Assembly (NCBI RefSeq): GCF_054482595.1
Contig: NZ_CM137008.1
Direction: 5' to 3' (one strand)
DNA length: 64,000 nt
Shown piece by piece: positions 53,392 through 64,000 of this stretch. A model generated the notes under the pieces. It did not search any database and was not told where the DNA came from. It saw nothing but the letters and a program-made list of their open reading frames with translations. The position numbers and the translations under genes were made by a program. Every line of letters starts with the position of its first letter. The first letter of the stretch is position 1.

Positions 53392-54400
53392 GGCTACGTA
53401 CTCCTTTAATCAGACTGATAAAGCGTTGCGACTGGACAATCAGCACGCAAAGAACCACCACCGCTTTTACAACCTGGTTCATCTCTGGCGGAAAGCCCGA
53501 AAGCAAAATTCCGGTGTTCATCCCCTGAATAATCAGCGCCCCCACCACCGAAAGTAGCAGGTTAAAGCGCCCGCCCATCAGCGATCCGCCGCCAATCACC
53601 ACCGCGAGAATGGCGTCCAGCTCCAGCCATAACCCGGCGTTATTGGCATCGGCACCGCGAATATCCGCCGCCACGATAATGCCCGCAATCGCCGCACACA
53701 GCCCGCTCAACACGTAGGTAAGCATGACGATGATCCGCGTGTTTACCCCGGCATTTTTTGCCGCCCGAATGTTGATACCAACGGCTTCGATAAACATCCC
53801 CAGCGCCGTTTTGCGGGTCAACAGCCAGAACAGGATAAGCGTCAGCACCGCGATAATGACCGGCGTTGGCAGGAACAACAGCGATCCACTGCCGAACCAT
53901 GAGAGATCCGGCGAGTTAAACGTGACGATCTGCCCGGCGGTGATCAGTTGCGCCACGCCGCGCCCGGCGACCATCAGGATCAGAGTGGCGACAAACGGCT
54001 GAATTTTGAGGATCGCTACCAGTATGCCGTTCCACAATCCCGCCAGGATGCCGGTGCCCAGGGCGCTTAACAAAACAATCGGCAGGCTGAATCCCGCGAC
54101 CGTCATCGCAGCCGTTGTGGCTCCGGCGATAGCCATCACCGCCCCTACGGAGAGATCAATCCCACCGGTGGCGATCACCAGCGTCATGCCAATCGCCAGT
54201 AACGCAACGGGAGCTGCACGGTTAAGAATGTCTATGGGGCTACCGAACAAACGCCCATCCTGAAGCACCACCTGCCAGAAATGCGGGGCTACCAGGCTAT
54301 CGACCAGCAGCACCAGCAATAGTGCTACCAGCTGCGGCATCCCCGTCGGCCAGCGAAAGCGCCTTTTTGGCGTAGTGGTGTCCGGAAGAGATTGAGGCAT
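53378..54400 (-). CDS. ytfT: Galactofuranose ABC transporter permease YtfT
   Basis: Polytopic permease; start uncertain (GTG/ATG near 54400-54403). Confidence 0.85.
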   Translation of the reverse strand: MPQSLPDTTTPKRRFRWPTGMPQLVALLLVLLVDSLVAPHFWQVVLQDGRLFGSPIDILNRAAPVALLAIGMTLVIATGGIDLSVGAVMAIAGATTAAMTVAGFSLPIVLLSALGTGILAGLWNGILVAILKIQPFVATLILMVAGRGVAQLITAGQIVTFNSPDLSWFGSGSLLFLPTPVIIAVLTLILFWLLTRKTALGMFIEAVGINIRAAKNAGVNTRIIVMLTYVLSGLCAAIAGIIVAADIRGADANNAGLWLELDAILAVVIGGGSLMGGRFNLLLSVVGALIIQGMNTGILLSGFPPEMNQVVKAVVVLCVLIVQSQRFISLIKGVRSRDKT

Positions 54401-54413
54401 CACACTGTTCTCC

Positions 54414-55916
54414 TTACGCCGCAATGGCGTTCATGATCGCCGGAACGGAAAGCTCTGCCAGCGGGATCTCCGCCACCTGTTTGCGATCGCGCATGATGAT
54501 CACCCGGTCGGCATAGCCCACCAGTTCTTCCAGTTCGGAGGAGATCACCAGCAGCGCCAGACCATCGGCGCATAGCATTTCAATCAGGCGGATGATCTCG
54601 GCGTGCGCACCAACGTCAATTCCACGCGTTGGCTCGTCGAGGATCAGAAATTGCGGACGAGTCAGCAGCCAGCGAGAGAGCAGCACTTTTTGCTGATTGC
54701 CGCCGGAGAGAAATTCAATCGGTTGTTCAGTGGAAGGGGTGCGAATGCCAAGCTGGCGGATAAAGCGTTCGGCAATCTCTTGCTGTTCTTTGCGGGAGAT
54801 CGGTCGCAGCCAGCCGCGCTGGGCCTGTAGCGCGAGGATGATATTTTCCCGCACCGAGGCAGCGGCGATGATGCCATCGGTTTTCCTGTCTTCCGGGCAG
54901 AAGCCGATACCCAGTACCGACGCCTGATGTGGCGATCGCAGGGTTTGCGGTTTGCCTTTGATCAACGCAGTGCCGCTGTCAGCAGGTTTGATACCGAAGA
55001 TCACTTCGGCGGTTTCGGTACGTCCTGATCCCAGCAAGCCAGCCAGACCGACGATCTCGCCGGGGCGTACTTCGAGATCAAACGGTGCGATCGTTCCTTT
55101 TTTGCCGTAATTTTTGAACGCGGCAACGGGTTTGTCGCTCAACAATGTTCGCCCGGCACGCTGTAGCGCGTGGGTATCCAGCTCGCGCCCCAGCATCATT
55201 TTTACCAGTTCGATCTGCGGTAGCTCGCACGTTTCCCGACAGCCTACGAAACTGCCGTTGCGTAAGACGGTGATCCGATCGCTGACCTGATAGACCTGAT
55301 CGAGAAAGTGAGTGACAAAAATCAGGCTGACGCCGCGATCGCGCAACTGACGCATCAGGTCAAACAGTAACTCCACTTCCTGGGTGTCGAGACTGGCGGT
55401 GGGTTCATCGAGGATCAGCACTTTGGCAGAGAGATCGATAGCCCGGCAAATAGCGACGATTTGCTGCATCGCCACCGAAAAACGGTTGAGCGGTTCGCGC
55501 ACGTCGAGGGAGAAACCGTAAGATGCCATCAGTTCGGTGGCGCGCTTTTCCATCTCTTTGCGGCGTAGAAGGCCGAAGCGTTTGGGTTCGCGGCCTATAA
55601 ATAGATTATCAGCGACCGACATATTGGGTAGCAGGTTGACTTCCTGATAGACGGTGCCAATGCCGAGTTGTTGCGCGTGGGCGGTATTTTTCGGTGAGAT
55701 AGCCTGGCCTTCCAGCCAGATGGTGCCGCGATCGGCGTGGTATACACCAGTTAATGCTTTGATTAGCGTTGATTTTCCTGCCCCGTTTTCACCGAGCAGC
55801 GCCATGATTTCGCCACGGCGCAGGCTGAAATCAACGTTGTCTAACGCTTTGACGCCGGGGAAAAATTTACTTAATCCTTCGGTGCGGAGGATCTCCTGGT
55901 GTTGGTCGGTCGTCAT
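54414..55916 (-). CDS. ytfR: Galactofuranose ABC transporter ATP-binding protein YtfR (tandem ABC domains)
   Basis: 500-aa translation with two Walker A motifs (GENGAGKST, GLLGSGRTE) and two ABC signatures. Confidence 0.85.
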   Translation of the reverse strand: MTTDQHQEILRTEGLSKFFPGVKALDNVDFSLRRGEIMALLGENGAGKSTLIKALTGVYHADRGTIWLEGQAISPKNTAHAQQLGIGTVYQEVNLLPNMSVADNLFIGREPKRFGLLRRKEMEKRATELMASYGFSLDVREPLNRFSVAMQQIVAICRAIDLSAKVLILDEPTASLDTQEVELLFDLMRQLRDRGVSLIFVTHFLDQVYQVSDRITVLRNGSFVGCRETCELPQIELVKMMLGRELDTHALQRAGRTLLSDKPVAAFKNYGKKGTIAPFDLEVRPGEIVGLAGLLGSGRTETAEVIFGIKPADSGTALIKGKPQTLRSPHQASVLGIGFCPEDRKTDGIIAAASVRENIILALQAQRGWLRPISRKEQQEIAERFIRQLGIRTPSTEQPIEFLSGGNQQKVLLSRWLLTRPQFLILDEPTRGIDVGAHAEIIRLIEMLCADGLALLVISSELEELVGYADRVIIMRDRKQVAEIPLAELSVPAIMNAIAA

Positions 55917-55944
55917 GGTTTCCCCCGGTGTAAAGCGTGCTCCC

Positions 55945-56050
55945 AGTAGGCATGATAAGACGCGGTAAGCGTCGCATCAGGCTTCAGTGCACCATCGCCG
56001 GATGCGGCGCGAGCGCCTTATCCGGCCTACGAATCGGCATCAGGCATAGC
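55945..56050. repeat. REP elements between ytfR and ytfQ
   Basis: gcgtcgcatcaggc and gccggatgcggcgcgagcgccttatccggcctac units. Confidence 0.5.
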
Positions 56051-56055
56051 AACCC

Positions 56056-57012
56056 TCAATACCCCATATTTTTCTTCTTCTCTAACTCTTCTTTTGCGGT
56101 ATCAGGCAGGTAAAGGGTGGATTTGGTTAACGTCAGCTTTTCAGGCATGGTGCCGTCTTTTTTGTATTTCTCCAGCGCGTCGAAGGCGGGACCTGCCATA
56201 TTCGGCGTCAGTTCAACGCTGGCGTTCGCCTCGCCATCAATCATCGCTTTGTAGATGTCCGGTACACCGTCAATGGAACCCGTGAGGATATCTTTGCCCG
56301 GTTTCAGGCCCGCTTCTTTAATTGCCTGAATTGCACCAATCACCATGTCGTCGTTATGGGCGTAAACCATGCAGATGTTTTTGCCGTTGTTTTCCGCTTT
56401 GATAAAGCTCTCCATGACTTCTTTGCCTTTACTGCGGGTGAAGTCACCTGACTGCGAGCGGATGATTTTGATATTTGGCGCATTCTTAATGGCTTCGGCA
56501 AAGCCTTTCTTACGGTCAATGGCGACGCTGGCCCCAACGGTGCCCTGCAGCTCCACCACGTTGCATGGTTTGCCATTCACTTCTTTTACCAGCCAGTCAC
56601 CGATCAACTTACCTTCGAGGATGTTGTCGGCAGTAACGGTGGTCATATAGAGAGATTTGTCTTTCACATCGATGGAACGGTCGAGCAAGAAGACCGGGAT
56701 TTCGGCATCTTTCGCCTCTTTTAATACCGGTTCCCAACCTGTCGCGACCACCGGAGCGATAAAGATCGCATCCACCCCTTGCGCGACGAAGGAACGTACC
56801 GCTTTAATCTGGTTTTCCTGCTTTTGCTGACCATCGGCAATTTTCAGCGTAATTCCGCGTTTTTCGGCCTCACTTTTCGCCACATTGGTTTCTGCAGCGC
56901 GCCAGCCGGATTCCGATCCGACCTGCGAAAATCCTACGGTTAATGGAGCGGCCAACGCCATAGACGACATGGCTGCCGAGACTGCAGAGACTACAAGTAA
57001 GCGTTTCCACAT
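56056..57012 (-). CDS. ytfQ: Periplasmic galactofuranose-binding protein YtfQ
   Basis: 318-aa periplasmic binding protein with signal peptide MWKRLLVVSAVSAAMSSMALA. Confidence 0.85.
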   Translation of the reverse strand: MWKRLLVVSAVSAAMSSMALAAPLTVGFSQVGSESGWRAAETNVAKSEAEKRGITLKIADGQQKQENQIKAVRSFVAQGVDAIFIAPVVATGWEPVLKEAKDAEIPVFLLDRSIDVKDKSLYMTTVTADNILEGKLIGDWLVKEVNGKPCNVVELQGTVGASVAIDRKKGFAEAIKNAPNIKIIRSQSGDFTRSKGKEVMESFIKAENNGKNICMVYAHNDDMVIGAIQAIKEAGLKPGKDILTGSIDGVPDIYKAMIDGEANASVELTPNMAGPAFDALEKYKKDGTMPEKLTLTKSTLYLPDTAKEELEKKKNMGY

Positions 57013-57321
57013 AGGGTTGTCCTCGTCGGGGTAATTATTATTGGTGAAAAGATGTTCGCGGAAAAACTATAGACAATTCGTTATGTAACGGATTGCGTTA
57101 CATCACACTTCATAAAAGTAAATAAAACGTTAATCACAAGTTTGTAATCGCTTTCATCTCACTATGAAAAATGCGGCTACGGTTATGGATTTTCCTGCTC
57201 TGTATACCGTCTTAAAACTGGCGAAAAAGGAAAATGAAGACGAAAACAAGCGAAGACATTCGGCGCGAGTTGGCTATAATACTCGGCACTTGTTTGCCAC
57301 ATATTTTTAAAGGAAACAGAC

Positions 57322-57852
57322 ATGAGCTTACTCAACGTCCCTGCGGGTAAAGATCTGCCGGAAGACATCTACGTTGTTATTGAGATCCCGGCTAACGCAG
57401 ATCCGATCAAATACGAAATCGACAAAGAGAGCGGCGCACTGTTCGTTGACCGCTTCATGTCCACCGCGATGTTCTATCCGTGCAACTACGGCTATATCAA
57501 CCACACTCTGTCTCTGGACGGTGACCCGGTTGACGTACTGGTCCCGACTCCGTACCCGCTGCAGCCGGGTTCTGTGATCCGTTGCCGTCCGGTTGGCGTT
57601 CTGAAAATGACCGACGAAGCCGGTGAAGATGCGAAACTGATTGCTGTTCCGCACACCAAGCTGAGCAAAGAATACGATCACATTAAAGACGTTAACGATC
57701 TGCCAGAGCTGCTGAAAGCGCAGATCGCTCACTTCTTCGAGCACTACAAAGACCTCGAAAAAGGCAAGTGGGTGAAAGTTGAAGGTTGGGAAAACGCAGA
57801 AGCCGCTAAAGCTGAAATCGTTGCCTCCTTCGAGCGCGCAAAGAATAAATAA
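57322..57852 (+). CDS. ppa: Inorganic pyrophosphatase Ppa
   Basis: 176-aa translation [45 protein letters not shown]... Confidence 0.95.
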   Translation: MSLLNVPAGKDLPEDIYVVIEIPANADPIKYEIDKESGALFVDRFMSTAMFYPCNYGYINHTLSLDGDPVDVLVPTPYPLQPGSVIRCRPVGVLKMTDEAGEDAKLIAVPHTKLSKEYDHIKDVNDLPELLKAQIAHFFEHYKDLEKGKWVKVEGWENAEAAKAEIVASFERAKNK

Positions 57853-57931
57853 GTTCTTATAGCGCAATAACCCTGAACACCGGGCTTCGGTTAGTAAGGG
57901 TTTTTTTATGCCCGCGATAAATAAACACACC

Positions 57932-58282
57932 TTATTCCACCACCGCCTGCAAGCGTAATAACGCCTCTTCCACCACCTCATCCGCAGCCAGACCAATACG
58001 CTTTGCCAGCCGGGCGCGTAGATCCATCATCCGCACCTGATTCACCAGCACCACGCCGTGCACATCGCCTTCTTCGCAATGTAAAGGAACGCTAAATCCG
58101 GCATAACGGGCAAAATTTCCGCCCTGCGTAATGGGGGCCACCAGCGTCATTCCCAGTTGATTAAAGGCTTGAACGGAGAGCACAAGCGCAGGTCGACCAG
58201 CACCTTGCTGTTCATGGCCGCTTGCTGGATCAAAGCCAACCAGCACAATGTCTCCCCGTTCAAATTCACTTTTCTTTACCAT
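57932..58282 (-). CDS. chpB: Type II toxin ChpB (ChpBK, MazF-like endoribonuclease)
   Basis: 116-aa translation MVKKSEFERGDIVLVGFDPASGHEQQGAGRPALVLS...; overlaps the upstream antitoxin gene. Confidence 0.85.
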   Translation of the reverse strand: MVKKSEFERGDIVLVGFDPASGHEQQGAGRPALVLSVQAFNQLGMTLVAPITQGGNFARYAGFSVPLHCEEGDVHGVVLVNQVRMMDLRARLAKRIGLAADEVVEEALLRLQAVVE

Positions 58283-58527
58283 ATTTCGTCACCCGCAGGG
58301 GTGGATTTACCCCAGACATCCTGCTCGCTAAGTTCCGCGGCGTTCATGTCACACTGTGCCAGCAGTTCATCAAGCGAGTAGCGCCTGGAGATGGGTGTCA
58401 GAATCAGTTGGTTGTTGCTCACCTGCGCTTCCACGCTCTGCCCCGGCTGTAAGTTAAGTTCTTTCATTACGATATTGGGAATGACCATACCTGCACTGTT
58501 CCCCCATCTTTTTATGGTAATACGCAT
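58276..58527 (-). CDS. chpS: Antitoxin ChpS (ChpBI, AbrB/MazE-like)
   Basis: 83-aa translation MRITIKRWGNSAGMVIPNIVMKELNLQPGQ...; immediately upstream of chpB. Confidence 0.85.
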   Translation of the reverse strand: MRITIKRWGNSAGMVIPNIVMKELNLQPGQSVEAQVSNNQLILTPISRRYSLDELLAQCDMNAAELSEQDVWGKSTPAGDEIW

Positions 58528-58739
58528 CTGCACCTCCTTAAGTTATACAAAGTATAACTCACGGTGCTACAGGAAACGTTTTACCCCTGCACATTTGTGA
58601 ACGCCAGCAGAGTTTTTTATGCGATTGCAGATATGGAAAGCGGCTCGGAGAGAAAAGCAAAAGATGGAAAAGTTACAAAAAAAAATCGCGAGATACATCG
58701 CATAAAACAACGCCACCCGAAGGTGGCGTGCTTTTATTA

Positions 58740-59081
58740 TTACTTATCCCTGTCTAACCAGTCGCCGCTTTCAATTAGCTTTAATCCATCGACGGGTCGT
58801 TGATAAACGTACATCCATGCACTCCCGTACGGCGTCTGAATCAACTGGCGCGCGTATTCACCGCCCCTGGTGCGCAAGGCATCAAGTTCGGCCAGCGTGG
58901 CGTTGTCAATACGATAAACTTCACCGTGTACTGTTCCGTTCCCCGGAACTGCGCCTGGATAGTGGCCCAGGCTATACAACTGGTAGTTATCGATACTGAA
59001 ATCGCCCAGTAACTGGGCATTGGTCATCCAGTGACTGTTGCCTTGTTTGTGGCGTAAACTGCCGTAGACAAATATTCGCAT
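58740..59081 (-). CDS. ytfP: Gamma-glutamylcyclotransferase-family protein YtfP
   Basis: 113-aa translation MRIFVYGSLRHKQGNSHWM... (GGCT-like fold motif YGSL). Confidence 0.8.
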   Translation of the reverse strand: MRIFVYGSLRHKQGNSHWMTNAQLLGDFSIDNYQLYSLGHYPGAVPGNGTVHGEVYRIDNATLAELDALRTRGGEYARQLIQTPYGSAWMYVYQRPVDGLKLIESGDWLDRDK

Positions 59082-59083
59082 TG

Positions 59084-64000
<4,917 letters not shown>

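Overview
This window reads as Escherichia coli chromosome: a conserved core block from tamA to yjgR/ahr (about 15.4-64 kb, K-12-like gene order in reverse orientation) joined at tRNA-Leu leuX to the edge of a genomic island (1-15.4 kb). All calls rest on reading the six-frame translations and the DNA by eye and from memory; no database search was run. The island carries a P4-type integrase next to leuX, a sulfatase/phosphoethanolamine-transferase-family membrane protein, an outer-membrane beta-barrel gene, a decayed second integrase remnant, and a DNA phosphorothioation module (dndD 3' end, dndE) convergent with a dptFGH-like restriction operon. The most unusual element is a strongly AT-rich two-gene insert between dndE and dptH, encoding a small 4-helix membrane protein translationally coupled to a second DndB-like DGQHR-domain protein that carries an in-frame TGA. 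Other points of note are a triple GATC cluster upstream of the outer-membrane gene, repeated TGTTGGTA motifs upstream of the integrase, an in-frame stop early in ahr, apparent absence of the idn operon relative to K-12, and a 12-copy 18-bp coding tandem repeat in yjgL. The Dnd/Dpt system itself is a known system; the membrane + DGQHR pair is the best candidate for something undescribed. The island's distal boundary lies beyond the window start.
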